The notes beneath the pieces are model-generated. The model was given only the letters and a program-made list of their open reading frames with translations. It was not told the DNA's origin and did no database searches. From Rubrobacteraceae bacterium (GTDB lineage: Bacteria > Actinomycetota > Rubrobacteria > Rubrobacterales > Rubrobacteraceae): DNA of 64,000 nucleotides. The DNA lies in the NCBI GenBank assembly GCA_965214475.1, contig OZ243953.1, positions 2,238,586 to 2,302,585 on the forward strand, in the 5' to 3' direction. The translations under genes and the position numbers were made by a program. Each line of letters starts with the position of its first letter. Position 1 is the first letter of the stretch. Of the stretch, positions 28,291 through 38,763 are shown in pieces.

Positions 28291-29253
28291 TCATCCGAAA
28301 TTTGGGACTACTTCCTCCGCGAAACGCTCGACGGGCGTAGGATCGTAGGCGACGCCGGGCATGTAGATGATGAAGTATTCGACCCCGGCCTCGACTTTAG
28401 GTTGCAAAGCCTCCAAGACCTGATTCGGTGTCCCGACGATGAATTCCTTGCTGTACTCCTCGTAGCTGCGGCCCATACGGGCCTGCTCGGTTGCTTTCTC
28501 CGGGTCTTCGCCTTCGTTTACCAGGTAGACGTTGACGGAGGTGGAGCGTGTGATCTCCTCGTAGTCCCGGCCCACATCCTCGCAGTGGCCGCGCAACACG
28601 TCGAACTTGTGCTTTAGTGTCTCTACGTCGCCGCCGACGTTGCAGGCGTCGCCCCACTTGGCGACGAGCTTGAGGGTGACTTTCTCTCCGCCGCCCCCGA
28701 TCCAGAGTGGTGGGTGCGTATCGCCAGCACCCTTGGGCTCGTTTATGGGTTTGTCTACCGAGTAGAACTTGCCGTCGAAGGTTACGTCGTCTTCGGTCCA
28801 CATGCGATGGACGATCTCGCACGCCTCTTTGAATGCCCGCATCCGCTCGGGGACTTTGGGGAAACCGTAGCCGTAAGCCTTCCACTCGTGCTCGTACCAA
28901 CCTGCGCCGAGGCCGCAGATGAGCCGCCCGTTGCTCATGGCGTCCACGGTTGAGGCCATCTTAGCCAGGAGGGTCGGGTTACGGTAGCCGTTGCAGGTGA
29001 CCATCTGGCCGACTTTTACATTCTGTATGTCGCGGACGAGCGCGGCGGTCGAGGTCCAGCACTCGAAGACGGTTTCCTTCTCCGGTGTCGGGACGGTGTG
29101 GAAGTGGTCGTAGAGCCAGACCGAGTCGTAAGCCCCGGTCGCGTCGGCTACTTTCGCCACCCGGGTCATCGCTTCGTACTGCTCCACCGGGTTCTTTATC
29201 TCGACTAGGTCCATCCGCCAGCCCTGCGGGACGAAGACACCGAAATCTACCAT
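28291..29253 (-). CDS. LLM-class F420-dependent oxidoreductase
   Basis: Luciferase-like fold pattern (WLYDHFH...GLGAGWYEHEW). Confidence 0.85.
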   Translation of the reverse strand: MVDFGVFVPQGWRMDLVEIKNPVEQYEAMTRVAKVADATGAYDSVWLYDHFHTVPTPEKETVFECWTSTAALVRDIQNVKVGQMVTCNGYRNPTLLAKMASTVDAMSNGRLICGLGAGWYEHEWKAYGYGFPKVPERMRAFKEACEIVHRMWTEDDVTFDGKFYSVDKPINEPKGAGDTHPPLWIGGGGEKVTLKLVAKWGDACNVGGDVETLKHKFDVLRGHCEDVGRDYEEITRSTSVNVYLVNEGEDPEKATEQARMGRSYEEYSKEFIVGTPNQVLEALQPKVEAGVEYFIIYMPGVAYDPTPVERFAEEVVPNFG

Positions 29254-29292
29254 CTGCCCGTAACCTCCCGTTGTTGATTGATGGGGACCATC

Positions 29293-30453
29293 TTACCCGC
29301 GCCAGCGGGCGTCGAGCCACTTTCTGTCGCTCTGACTGCTCTCTACGACCTTCTCTATGAAATACACGCCTCTTGCTCCGTCGTAGATGGTGGGGAAGTT
29401 GGCTGAAGCACCGGTCGCATCTCCGCCTCCACCAGCGTTTCTAATGGCGGCGGCTACGTCGGAATAGACGTTGGCGAAAGCTTCTATGAACCCTTCGGGA
29501 TGGCCGGGAGGAACGCGGGTTGCCGCCTGAGATTCTTCGCAGAGATAATCGTTTCCCCTTTTGAAGACTTGCTCGGGAGCCTCAGACGGCTTGAAGCGCA
29601 GGTAGTTTGGTTTCTCCTGGCGCCACTCCAGGCCCGCTTCGGTCCCGTAGATGCGGAGGTTGAAGTTGTTTTCTTCTCCCACGGAGACTTGCGAGGCGAT
29701 GAGCACGCCTTTTGCTCCGCCTTCGTACTGGATCAGGAGGTTGCCGTCGTCATCGAGCTGGCGGCCGGGCACGAAGGCGGTGAGGTCGGCGCAGATCTCG
29801 GAGATCTCCAGTCCCGTGACTGTCGCTACCAGATTCTCAGCGTGGGAGCCGATGTCTCCCATAGCACCCGCTATCCCGGAACGCTCCGGGTCGGTGCGCC
29901 ACTCGGCCTGCTTCACTTCCGATTCTTCCAGCTTGGTTGCCAACCAGTCCTGGCTATACTCGACGATAACTTTGCGGATCCTTCCTAGATCCCCCCGCCG
30001 CACCATGTGCCGCGCCTGTTTGACCATCGGATAGCCAGTGTATGGGTATGTAACCGCGAAGATGACGCCGCTTTTCTCCACGGTCTCGATGAGCTGTTCG
30101 GCCTGAACAGAAGAAAGTACCATCGGCTTGTCGCACACGACGTTCATGCCAGCTTCGGAGAAAGTCCGGACAACCGGAAAATGAAGGTGATTGGGCGTCA
30201 CCACGCTGACGAAGTCCACCCGCTCCTCTTCGGAGAGAGATAGCTCCCCTTCCAACATGTGCTCCCAAGAGCCGTAGTTGCGATCGTTGGAGAGGCCCAA
30301 CGCTTGCCCGGAGGCGAGGGATTTCTCCTCGGTAGAAGACAAGGCCCCGGCGACGAACTCTATTTGCCCGTCCATCAGCGCGCCGCTTCGGTGTACGGCC
30401 CCGATAAATGAGTCAGAGCCGCCGCCGACCATGCCCATCTTGAGCTTTTTCAC
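29293..30453 (-). CDS. Gfo/Idh/MocA family oxidoreductase
   Basis: N-terminal [16 protein letters not shown] Rossmann motif; EKP-like CDKP motif. Confidence 0.9.
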   Translation of the reverse strand: MKKLKMGMVGGGSDSFIGAVHRSGALMDGQIEFVAGALSSTEEKSLASGQALGLSNDRNYGSWEHMLEGELSLSEEERVDFVSVVTPNHLHFPVVRTFSEAGMNVVCDKPMVLSSVQAEQLIETVEKSGVIFAVTYPYTGYPMVKQARHMVRRGDLGRIRKVIVEYSQDWLATKLEESEVKQAEWRTDPERSGIAGAMGDIGSHAENLVATVTGLEISEICADLTAFVPGRQLDDDGNLLIQYEGGAKGVLIASQVSVGEENNFNLRIYGTEAGLEWRQEKPNYLRFKPSEAPEQVFKRGNDYLCEESQAATRVPPGHPEGFIEAFANVYSDVAAAIRNAGGGGDATGASANFPTIYDGARGVYFIEKVVESSQSDRKWLDARWRG

Positions 30454-30478
30454 GTCAGTGGGACCTCCGAGTTCTGGT

Positions 30479-32083
30479 CTACCGGAAGATGAACACGACG
30501 ATCAGGGCCGAGATGAGCAAAGCTACCGCCCAGAAGCGGTAGTTCTGGATGAGAGGCTTGCCGCGCAGCTCCTCTGTATCCCGGCGCCAGTATGCCGGCC
30601 GCCAGGTCAGGTCCTCTACTTGCTCTCTATCGGGCACCTCGGTGAGCAGGCTAATGCCTATTAGCACTACCAGGCTGAGGACGAAGGAGATGGCTGCGGC
30701 GTAGAGGAACTGGATGCTAAAGACCTCCATTACCTCGTTGAGGATAAAGAACACCGCGCCGAGGGGTATGATCGTCGCCAGCGTACAGAAGGCGCCGTGC
30801 CGGTTGACCCGGGTCCATATGATGCCCACCAGGAACACGGCGACAACCGGGGACGTCACGTAGGAGTACGCCGACTGCAGGTAGCTAAAGAGCGTCTCGA
30901 AGCGCGCGATCTGGGGTGCCCAGATGATGGCGACCAGCATGGCCCCGATCGTCGCGACGCGCCCAATCTGCACCAGCGCCTGCTGGCTCGTCTCCGGTCG
31001 GAACCTCTGGACGAAGTCCATCGTAACCAGGGTCGAGGCCGAGTTGAGGATAGAGTCAACCGTCGAGGTGATCGCCGCCACCAGCGCCGCCAGAACGACC
31101 CCTCGCACGCCGATCGGCAAAAGGTCGAACGCGAGCGTGGGAAATACCTGGTTGGGGTCGTCTATGTTGGGGTAAATCGTGATCGCGAACGCCCCTGGCA
31201 GAACCATGATGAAGAGAATCGGAATCTTCAAAAATCCACAGAATATGGCGCCCCAACGGCCGTGGTCGAGGGTCCGGGCTCCCAGGGTTCGCTGTACGAT
31301 GAACTGGTTCGTGGCCCAGTAGTAGAACCCAATAATTACGAGGCCGGTAAACAAGCCCGGCCACGGCAACTGGTCGTCGCTGATCGGTTGTATGAGGCTA
31401 AAGTGGTCGGCGGGGGTTTGCTGCTTGACGGCGTTCCAGGAAGGAATCTCTCGGAGGGTCAGGAAGAACACCGCGGCCCCACCGATGTAGAGAACTACGG
31501 TCTGGATGGAGTCACTAATTACCACCGCCCCGAGTCCGCCGATGACCGTATAGAAACCGGCCAGAAGCGCCAGCCCGAGTACGGAGACCCACAACGGGAT
31601 GGCCGGGAATACGACCTGGATGACCACGGCGCCGGCGAACAGGGCGGCGGCCATGTCGATAAACATGTTGGCGAAGAGGGTAAAGCCCGAGAAAGCCATC
31701 CGGCTCCGCACGTCGAAGCGTTTTTCGAGGAACTCGGGCATCGTGAATACCTGGCTCCTGAGATAAAAGGGGAGTATGAAGAATATGAAGATGACCAGGA
31801 CGACGATCGCCATCCACTCGTAGTTGAAGACGGCTATGCCCTGGTTGTATCCGGCCGCTGCCAGCCCGACAAAGTGCGAGCCCGACATGTTCGAGGCGAA
31901 GAGTGAAAAGCCGATCAGGGGCCAGATAAAGTTTCTGGAGCCGAGGAAGTATCCCTCCGAGTCGTCGCTCGTCTTGGGGTTGAGGATAAGCGGGATGATC
32001 CGGCTGAGGATCAGGTAGACAACGAGTATTCCTATATCAATGCCGGTAATGTCGAACTGTTGTGACACGTCACTCCTCCCCAA
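30479..32083 (-). CDS. sodium:solute symporter family transporter
   Basis: About 13-14 TM helices with the SSF N-terminal pattern ([24 protein letters not shown]). Confidence 0.9.
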   Translation of the reverse strand: MGRSDVSQQFDITGIDIGILVVYLILSRIIPLILNPKTSDDSEGYFLGSRNFIWPLIGFSLFASNMSGSHFVGLAAAGYNQGIAVFNYEWMAIVVLVIFIFFILPFYLRSQVFTMPEFLEKRFDVRSRMAFSGFTLFANMFIDMAAALFAGAVVIQVVFPAIPLWVSVLGLALLAGFYTVIGGLGAVVISDSIQTVVLYIGGAAVFFLTLREIPSWNAVKQQTPADHFSLIQPISDDQLPWPGLFTGLVIIGFYYWATNQFIVQRTLGARTLDHGRWGAIFCGFLKIPILFIMVLPGAFAITIYPNIDDPNQVFPTLAFDLLPIGVRGVVLAALVAAITSTVDSILNSASTLVTMDFVQRFRPETSQQALVQIGRVATIGAMLVAIIWAPQIARFETLFSYLQSAYSYVTSPVVAVFLVGIIWTRVNRHGAFCTLATIIPLGAVFFILNEVMEVFSIQFLYAAAISFVLSLVVLIGISLLTEVPDREQVEDLTWRPAYWRRDTEELRGKPLIQNYRFWAVALLISALIVVFIFR

Positions 32084-32203
32084 ACTCGCGGACTCGCGCC
32101 AACGAGAGCGACAAGCCTCACCCTATCCTCTGCAGCACGAATAGGGACCCCTCCCCATTCGTGCCGGCATAGTAGCAAGCCCTGTCGGGCCTGTAAACTG
32201 GAT

Positions 32204-33649
32204 CTAAGACCAGATCCTCAACACGCCGTCTTCTCGGCCCGCTGCGATCTGGGCGCGGCCTTCGGAGTCTGTTGCAGAGGCCAGATTGGTGACTATGGTT
32301 CCGTCTGCCGGGAGGGTCCAGGCAACCTCGGAACCATCTTGCGTGCGGCGAATAGCGCCGAGTTCGGTGTAGGCATCGTTCGGGACGAGGAGTTCCCAGC
32401 GGCCGTCACCGTCGAGGTCCCCGGCGCGGACGGTGTCCATGTTGCGGGTATAGATGCGGTGAGAGGTGTAACCAGTTTGGGTGGCTACGATGTTCAGGGA
32501 GCCGTTTTCGAGGTCGGGTTCGTAGAACTCGATGGTTCCGCCGATGTGGGGGGTGAGGGTGTCTACCAGTTCGATCTCCCCGTTCGGGCCGAAGGGGCCG
32601 GCGGCGATCAGGTGTCGCCACTTGTTCGGCTCCCCGATATACGGCCCCGCCGCCACCAGGCTGCCGTCCAGACCGTAGACCGACACGCGCGTAGCCAACT
32701 CCGGTGTACTCTCCGTGACGGCTAATAGTTCCCCGTCTGCCCCGGAAACCTCGAACCAAAGTGGCGCGACCTGCTCGAAGACCCCGCCGGATGCGGGAAA
32801 GATGGTTCCGGCTTCCAGGTTTTCTTCTTCGCCGGGTCGGAGCAGCGTCATGCTGTCGGCCTCGATGGCATCGCCCAGGACGCCGTGATCGTAGCGTTCA
32901 GTGGGCGCGGAGAGAAAGGCCAGAGTACCACCCGCACCCCGCACGAATCGGGTGTCCGGCAGTGCCGTGATCCCTGTTTCTCCTATTCCTACGGAGTCAC
33001 TTTCGCTAACCTCTTCGAACACCGGCCCGCCAGCTTCTACACCAAGTTGTTCTTTTCCTCCATCCGGCGAGACGGGCACGGGATGGGTGAGTTTCGAGGC
33101 TGCCTCATTGCGAGACGTGACGAGCTCAAGAGAGCCATCTTGAACCTTTACCAGAGGTGGCTGTCCGGGCGCGAAACGGTCGGGGGAGATGGGCATTGAT
33201 TCCGTCTCTCCCTCGTCGTTGAGTCGAAAAGCCTGCACCCCACCATCTTCGAGGGTTGCGATCCAGGCAGTGTCGTCCCTCAGCGGCACGCCGACGATCC
33301 AGGTGGGCACGCCGTCGAGTTGTACGTCAACCGGTTCCGACTTGGAAAGCCTGCCGGTCCCCTCCACGACGTGACTCCCGGATGCCTGACCGTAGGTGTA
33401 GCCGTATTGAGGCTCGGATGTCCGTCCCGACGGCGCGGTGTCTTCCCGAGGTTCACCTGTTGTAGAGGCCGTAGATTCACGGGTAGTTTCAGGTCCAGAG
33501 ACTGCGGTGGCCGGGGCTTGGAGCGTCGTCTCAGGGACGGCCTGGGCTCCGTTTGTCGTCGGCTGCGCGGTTTCGCCGGTGCCCTGCCGGTCTCCTCCAC
33601 AGCCGGTTAGAAACAGGGCCATAAGCAGAAGTACCCAGAGCTTCTTCAA
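32204..33649 (-). CDS. lipoprotein with FG-GAP/VCBS-like repeat(s)
   Basis: Lipobox LFLTGCGG, a T/P/E-rich linker, and a GDLDGDGRWELLVP Ca-binding FG-GAP-like motif near the C-terminus. Confidence 0.65.
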   Translation of the reverse strand: MKKLWVLLLMALFLTGCGGDRQGTGETAQPTTNGAQAVPETTLQAPATAVSGPETTRESTASTTGEPREDTAPSGRTSEPQYGYTYGQASGSHVVEGTGRLSKSEPVDVQLDGVPTWIVGVPLRDDTAWIATLEDGGVQAFRLNDEGETESMPISPDRFAPGQPPLVKVQDGSLELVTSRNEAASKLTHPVPVSPDGGKEQLGVEAGGPVFEEVSESDSVGIGETGITALPDTRFVRGAGGTLAFLSAPTERYDHGVLGDAIEADSMTLLRPGEEENLEAGTIFPASGGVFEQVAPLWFEVSGADGELLAVTESTPELATRVSVYGLDGSLVAAGPYIGEPNKWRHLIAAGPFGPNGEIELVDTLTPHIGGTIEFYEPDLENGSLNIVATQTGYTSHRIYTRNMDTVRAGDLDGDGRWELLVPNDAYTELGAIRRTQDGSEVAWTLPADGTIVTNLASATDSEGRAQIAAGREDGVLRIWS

Positions 33650-33651
33650 GC

Positions 33652-34182
33652 TTACGATCCTTTGGAGAATTGGTTATGGCCGTCGGCGTTGCGAGCCAGG
33701 ATGAAAAGCAGATCGGAGAGGCGGTTGACGGTGCGGATTGCGTAGGGGTGCTCGTCGGAGTACCCGGCGGCGACCAGGCTCCGCTCCGCGCGGCGCACGA
33801 CGGAGCGGGACACATCCAATAGCGCCCCGAGCCGGCTCTCACCGGGGATGACGAACTCGTTGGGGAGCTTTGTGCGGTCGCGCCACTCTTTGAAGGTTTT
33901 CTCCACGAACTCCAGGTCTTTCTCGCCGACGAAGTTATCTTCTTTGGGCATCGCCACATCGCCCATGATGCGGTAGAGGAGCCGCTGGGCTTCTATGAGG
34001 ATTTCGCCGAACTCTCCCTCTTTGGTTTCGGCGCGGGCCAGGCCGAGGAAAGAGCTTGCTTCGTCTACATCGCCCAGGACTGTTATGCGGAGGTCATCCT
34101 TTGGCATCCGGCCCGACCCTAGCAAAGTAGTCGTGCCATCGTCGCCGCGACCGGTCGAGACCGGCGGGTTGCTCTCGCTCAT
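33652..34182 (-). CDS. PduO-type ATP:cob(I)alamin adenosyltransferase
   Basis: Motifs TGRGDDGTTTL and LNEFVIPG. The ATG at 34182 was verified; the longer track start was rejected. Confidence 0.9.
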   Translation of the reverse strand: MSESNPPVSTGRGDDGTTTLLGSGRMPKDDLRITVLGDVDEASSFLGLARAETKEGEFGEILIEAQRLLYRIMGDVAMPKEDNFVGEKDLEFVEKTFKEWRDRTKLPNEFVIPGESRLGALLDVSRSVVRRAERSLVAAGYSDEHPYAIRTVNRLSDLLFILARNADGHNQFSKGS

Positions 34183-34292
34183 GCAAGCTCCTCTTTTAGA
34201 TAACGGATGTAACCCCCGGAAGGTATCGTGGAACACTCGGCGGCGCAACCTTACACGCCTCCCTGCAGTCTCTGGGTTAGAATCTGGAGGTT

Positions 34293-35846
34293 ATGAAGTT
34301 GAAGGTAAGCTTTCCACTAAGGAGCGAGGGTGTTTTGGGGCGGGCAGCCTCCGTCGCATCCCGCCACCCCTCTTACCAGGTCGAAGGCCGCAACGGCACT
34401 GCCCGGGCACAGGTCGAGCTAGACTTGCCCGCAGACTGGCGTCCGTTAGATGAGTTCTCCGGCCTCTTGCGCGGCGAGAGTGAGGCCGAGTACGCGGCGG
34501 ACGGCACGATTGTTCCCGATGAAGAGTTGTTTGCGGGGTTGAGGTGTTTCCTGCGGAAGCAGCGGTCCGGGGCCGCGGCGAAGGAGTGGTGTACGCCGCG
34601 CTCGTTGGAGGGCAAGCAGCTCTTCCCGTGCAAGCAGATCCACGTCTACGACAACGATCACCTCACGAACAACTCCTGGTACGGTCTCGGCGAGATGGAT
34701 GCAAATGGCGTCTTCGAGGTAGATAAAGAGGCAATAACCGACCGCGTCCTCTCCGATCTCGGGCCTTGCGTGCGGTGCCCGATCCTGGACCTCGACACGA
34801 CGGCGGAGCTCGTGGCGCGCCTCCCGGAGAAGATCGATCCGGGACGCGACACAGATTGGCGCTATAAAGAGAGTGGTCCTGTAGAGAACTGGTCCGTAAG
34901 CAAATCTCACAACGGAACCGAACCTGAGAAGTCCACAACCGCCCAAGACAAGCAGAGCCTCCTGGAGCGGCTGGCGAGCAGCGTGCGGAGCGGCGGCGCG
35001 GGAGTAGCAGCGGCAAGCGGCGCGACGCCCGGCAGCCGCAACGTGCCCCAGACCCGCTACGAGGATGTCGGCGGGATGCGCGAGACCATAGCGATGGTGC
35101 GCGAGGCCGTAGAGCTACCCATAACGCATCCCGAAATCTTCGAACGCCTCGGCATCCGGCCGCACAAGGGCATCCTCTTCTACGGCCCGCCAGGGACCGG
35201 CAAGACGCTGTTGGCGCGGGCGGTGGCGCGCGAGTGCGGGGCGCACTTTATCGCGGTCTCGGGACCGGAGATCCTGAACAAATACTGGGGCCAGAGTGAG
35301 GCGCGCCTGCGCAACATCTTCAACGAGGCGCGGACGAAAGCTCCTGCGGTAGTCCTATTCGACGAGATAGACTCTTTCGCCTCCTCTCGCGACATGATGA
35401 GTGAGAGCTTCGAGGCCACGTTGGTCTCGCAGTTACTCTCGCTCATGGACGGCATGAATGACCTGGGGCAGGTGTGCGTTATCGCGACGACCAACCGCCC
35501 TGGGGCGCTGGACTCGGCGTTGCGGCGACCGGGCCGCTTTGACCACGAGATCGAGGTAGGGTTGCCGGATGCTGAAGCGCGGTTGCACATACTCGGTATT
35601 CACACCAAAGACATGCCCACCGACCCGGACCTGGACCTGGAGCAAGTCGCCGGTGTCACCGGCAGCTACTCTGGCGCAGACCTCGAAGGCCTCTGCCGCG
35701 AGGCCGCCCTGGTGTGCATGCGCCGCAGTGTGAACCTTCGCGACTTCGGGCATCGTGTAGCCTCTCACCAGCTCTCCGCCCTCTCCGTCACCACCTACGA
35801 CTTCCGCACCGCCATGAAGCGCGTGGGACCCAGCATCCGGCGTTAG
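34293..35846 (+). CDS. classic-clade AAA ATPase (single CDC48/FtsH-type AAA module) with an unrecognised 240-aa N-terminal region
   Basis: Walker A GPPGTGKT, Walker B VVLFDEID, SRH TNRPGALDSALRRPGRFD. The N-terminal region has 5 Cys including CVRC. Confidence 0.85.
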   Translation: MKLKVSFPLRSEGVLGRAASVASRHPSYQVEGRNGTARAQVELDLPADWRPLDEFSGLLRGESEAEYAADGTIVPDEELFAGLRCFLRKQRSGAAAKEWCTPRSLEGKQLFPCKQIHVYDNDHLTNNSWYGLGEMDANGVFEVDKEAITDRVLSDLGPCVRCPILDLDTTAELVARLPEKIDPGRDTDWRYKESGPVENWSVSKSHNGTEPEKSTTAQDKQSLLERLASSVRSGGAGVAAASGATPGSRNVPQTRYEDVGGMRETIAMVREAVELPITHPEIFERLGIRPHKGILFYGPPGTGKTLLARAVARECGAHFIAVSGPEILNKYWGQSEARLRNIFNEARTKAPAVVLFDEIDSFASSRDMMSESFEATLVSQLLSLMDGMNDLGQVCVIATTNRPGALDSALRRPGRFDHEIEVGLPDAEARLHILGIHTKDMPTDPDLDLEQVAGVTGSYSGADLEGLCREAALVCMRRSVNLRDFGHRVASHQLSALSVTTYDFRTAMKRVGPSIRR

Positions 35847-35858
35847 AAGCCGCCCTCG

Positions 35859-37220
35859 GTGCAAGCCATAGACGGCATCCTCTCGCTCCTTCAGCAGTAC
35901 GGGTATTTGGTCGTATTTTTCGGGGTGATGTTGGAGAGTGCCGGGATTCCTCTGCCGGGAGAGACCGTCCTGATCGCCGCCGGCATCCTGGCGCAGCGGA
36001 GTGGTCTGGACCTGGGAGACGTCGTGGTGTTCGGCATTCTCGGGGCTGTGGTGGGGGACCAGATCGGCTACTGGGCCGGTCGTAAAGGCGGCCGTCCTTT
36101 CGTACTGCGCTGGGGGAAGTATCTCCTCATAACGCCCGAACGTCTGCTCGGTGCGGAAGACTTCTTCGACCGGCACGGGGGAAAGGCCGTGTTCATGGCC
36201 CGGTTCGTGGCGGGCCTCCGCTTTTTCGGGGCGCTGGTCGCCGGCATAAGTCACATGCGCTGGAGGACCTTCTTTCTCTACAACGCCCTGGGAGGAGCGG
36301 TATGGGCCACGGCCGCCGTCCTCGTAGGCTACCTACTCGGCGGAAGCCTGGGCCTGGTGGAACGCTGGATGAGCCGGGCCACCCTTCTGCTCGCCGGCCT
36401 GCTCGTCCTAGTCCTGATCTTCTATATTACCTACCGCTGGGCCGTCAACAACCGGACCCGGCTCATGGCCTACCGGGATTCCTTTTTGTCCTATCCACCC
36501 GGAACCGTTCCGGGATCGCTTCGATCGCCAGTTGGGCTGGACTTTCCGCCGCCTGACGCCCGGACAGTATCTCGGACTGCACCTCACGCTTGGCTTGCTG
36601 GCCGCCGCCGGTTGCCTGTGGCTCTTTGCCAGACTAGCCGAAGATCCACTGACCCGCGACCCGCTGGTGCGCTTCGACCAGACGGTGGCAAATGCCTTGC
36701 ATAATGCAGCAACCCCGGCCGTAACGAACGTCTTTTTCGGGATCACCGCGCTGGGCTCCATCGAGACCGTCGCCTTGCTCGGCCTGCTGGTGGCCGGGCT
36801 CTTCGCTGTATACCGGCGCTGGCTCCACGTGTGGGGCTGGCTCCTGGCTTTGGGCGGTAGCGTCGCGCTCAACATTCTGCTCAAGCAACTCTTCGAGCGC
36901 CAGCGTCCGTCGTTTACAGATCCGCTGCTAGTAGAGACTTCCTACAGTTTCCCGAACGGCCACGCGATGATATCGCTGGTCTTGTACGGTATGTTGGCCT
37001 ACTTCGCCGTACTCGCCCTGAACTCCTGGCGGGCGCACGAACGACCGTAGTCTTCGGCGCCGCATTGCTAGTCTTGCTGATCGGTCTCTCCCGGATGTAT
37101 CTCGGCGTCCACTACTTCAGCGACGTGGTCGCGGGTTTCGCGGCGGGTGGCGTGTGGCTGAGCGCCTGCATCACTGGCATGGAAACCATCCGCCGCCGCG
37201 GCAAGGGTAAGCAAGGGTAA
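35859..37220 (+). pseudogene. DedA-family / PAP2-phosphatase fusion gene disrupted by two opposite frameshifts
   Basis: The DedA domain is in frame 0 up to about 36490. PAP2 motifs 1 and 2 (KQLFERQRP, FPNGHA) are in frame 1 (36532-37050). PAP2 motif 3 (SRMYLGVHYFSD) is back in frame 0 (37050-37220). Confidence 0.65.
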
Positions 37221-37279
37221 GCCTGATATCCTGAAATAAACTTTACACACGGCTATTCTCTACTCGTGAAAGGAGGTCA

Positions 37280-37672
37280 ATGAATCATCTTAACGCCACG
37301 CTTGTTCGTGATTTGTACGCAGCCCGCGCCCAAGGCGAACTGGAAACCGTACGCGCGATGCTCGCCGACAATATAGTCTGGCACGAGCCGGACCAGGACA
37401 ACCCTCACACCGGCGACTTACACGGCCCGGATGCTGTGCTCGGCATGATCCGAGAGGCGCAGAGGATCACCCACGGCACACTCCGTCTCGTACCCCGCCA
37501 GGTGTTGGCCCACGGTGAGCACGCTATCGCCCTGATCGACTGGTCCGCCGAACGTGACGGTGAGAGGATCGAAAGAAAAGAAGTCGCTGTTTACCGGGTA
37601 CGCGACGATAAGATCGCAGAAGTTTCGTTCCACCTCGATGATCCCACAACGGACGAGGCCTTCTGGGAGTAA
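37280..37672 (+). CDS. NTF2/SnoaL-like (ketosteroid isomerase-like) protein
   Basis: Size and pattern (VRDLYAARAQGELETVRAMLADNIVWH...) fit the SnoaL_2 type. Confidence 0.75.
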   Translation: MNHLNATLVRDLYAARAQGELETVRAMLADNIVWHEPDQDNPHTGDLHGPDAVLGMIREAQRITHGTLRLVPRQVLAHGEHAIALIDWSAERDGERIERKEVAVYRVRDDKIAEVSFHLDDPTTDEAFWE

Positions 37673-37687
37673 AGAAAACCGCTTGGC

Positions 37688-38605
37688 TCAGACGGCGATC
37701 TTCTCGCGGGCCGAGATTTCTGAGAGTCTCCGCGCCGTGTGGAGAGCTTCCGAGGCTTCCGTAAAAAGATCGGGAGAGAGTTCTACGCAGCAGCCTGGGT
37801 CGGCTGGGAAATTCACGCGTCCAAACAGGTCCACTAGCGGGATGGCGCCGCGTCCCGGCGGCAAATGCAAATCTCCTACTCCATAAATGGGATCCCCGTA
37901 ATCCAGAATATTCACGCTTTCGCAAGTCTTTTTCAGGTTGTCGTGGAGGTGGACGTGGCGGACGAGCGGCGCAGCTATCGCGCATTCTTCCAAGTAGTCG
38001 AAACCGAAAAAGCTCGCCGCCAGCGCCGCGTGCCCCACATCCAGACAGATGCCGACCGCCGGATGGTCAACCGCAGCGACCTGCTCGGCCAGGTCCGAAG
38101 GCCAGGTAGAGTAGTCGTAAACCTCGCCGCGTAGAACGTGCTGGTCCGGGAAGTAGTTCTCGACGGCGAGGGTCACGCCGACTTCGGCGGCTATGTCCCC
38201 GATCTCTCTCAGCGCTGAACGTTCGGCGGCGAGTTGATCCTTGAGCCGGAAACGCGCGTCGCGGGAGGCCACCCGCTGTCCGGCGTGGCAAACGACCGTG
38301 TCCGCCCCGATCCCACCCGCGAACCGGACGCTGGATACCAGGATTTCTTTTTGTAGCTTTTGTCGGTCCAGGTCCATAAGGTCGGCTTCCAGAGGAGCGT
38401 GGACCGTGTAGGAGAGGTCGGTCTCCAAGAGCAACCCGCGGACCTGTGCCAGCCGGAACTCGTCCAGGCGGCCACCGAGGATGACGCCCATCTCCGATAC
38501 AAACAGTTCCACGAAATCCGTGCCGGCGTTTTTCAAGGATCCGAGGGTGTCGTGGAGGTTTGAGGAGCCGCCTGGATGGTTGATGCCCACGCTGCGAAAA
38601 GCCAT
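37688..38605 (-). CDS. sugar phosphate isomerase/epimerase (xylose isomerase-like TIM barrel)
   Basis: Pattern LAVENY...LDVGHA...HLHDN. Confidence 0.85.
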   Translation of the reverse strand: MAFRSVGINHPGGSSNLHDTLGSLKNAGTDFVELFVSEMGVILGGRLDEFRLAQVRGLLLETDLSYTVHAPLEADLMDLDRQKLQKEILVSSVRFAGGIGADTVVCHAGQRVASRDARFRLKDQLAAERSALREIGDIAAEVGVTLAVENYFPDQHVLRGEVYDYSTWPSDLAEQVAAVDHPAVGICLDVGHAALAASFFGFDYLEECAIAAPLVRHVHLHDNLKKTCESVNILDYGDPIYGVGDLHLPPGRGAIPLVDLFGRVNFPADPGCCVELSPDLFTEASEALHTARRLSEISAREKIAV

Positions 38606-38763
38606 ACGGTTCCATCCTCCCGTTGAGAGCCGTGAAGTCGCGGGTAGTATAGGTGCGGAAGCCGGCGATTGAGTGAAACCTTCGTTAAACGCCGGTAAAC
38701 CTTTGGTTAATCACTCTGTAGAATAGATGCAAAGCGGGAGTTCAGCGGTAGGAAAGGTATTTT

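Noticed and set aside
30797-31906. 369-aa plus-strand ORF inside the SSS transporter gene
   Set aside because: It is the antisense shadow of a 14-TM transporter. The product is a charged R/D/E/G-rich string without a recognisable fold.
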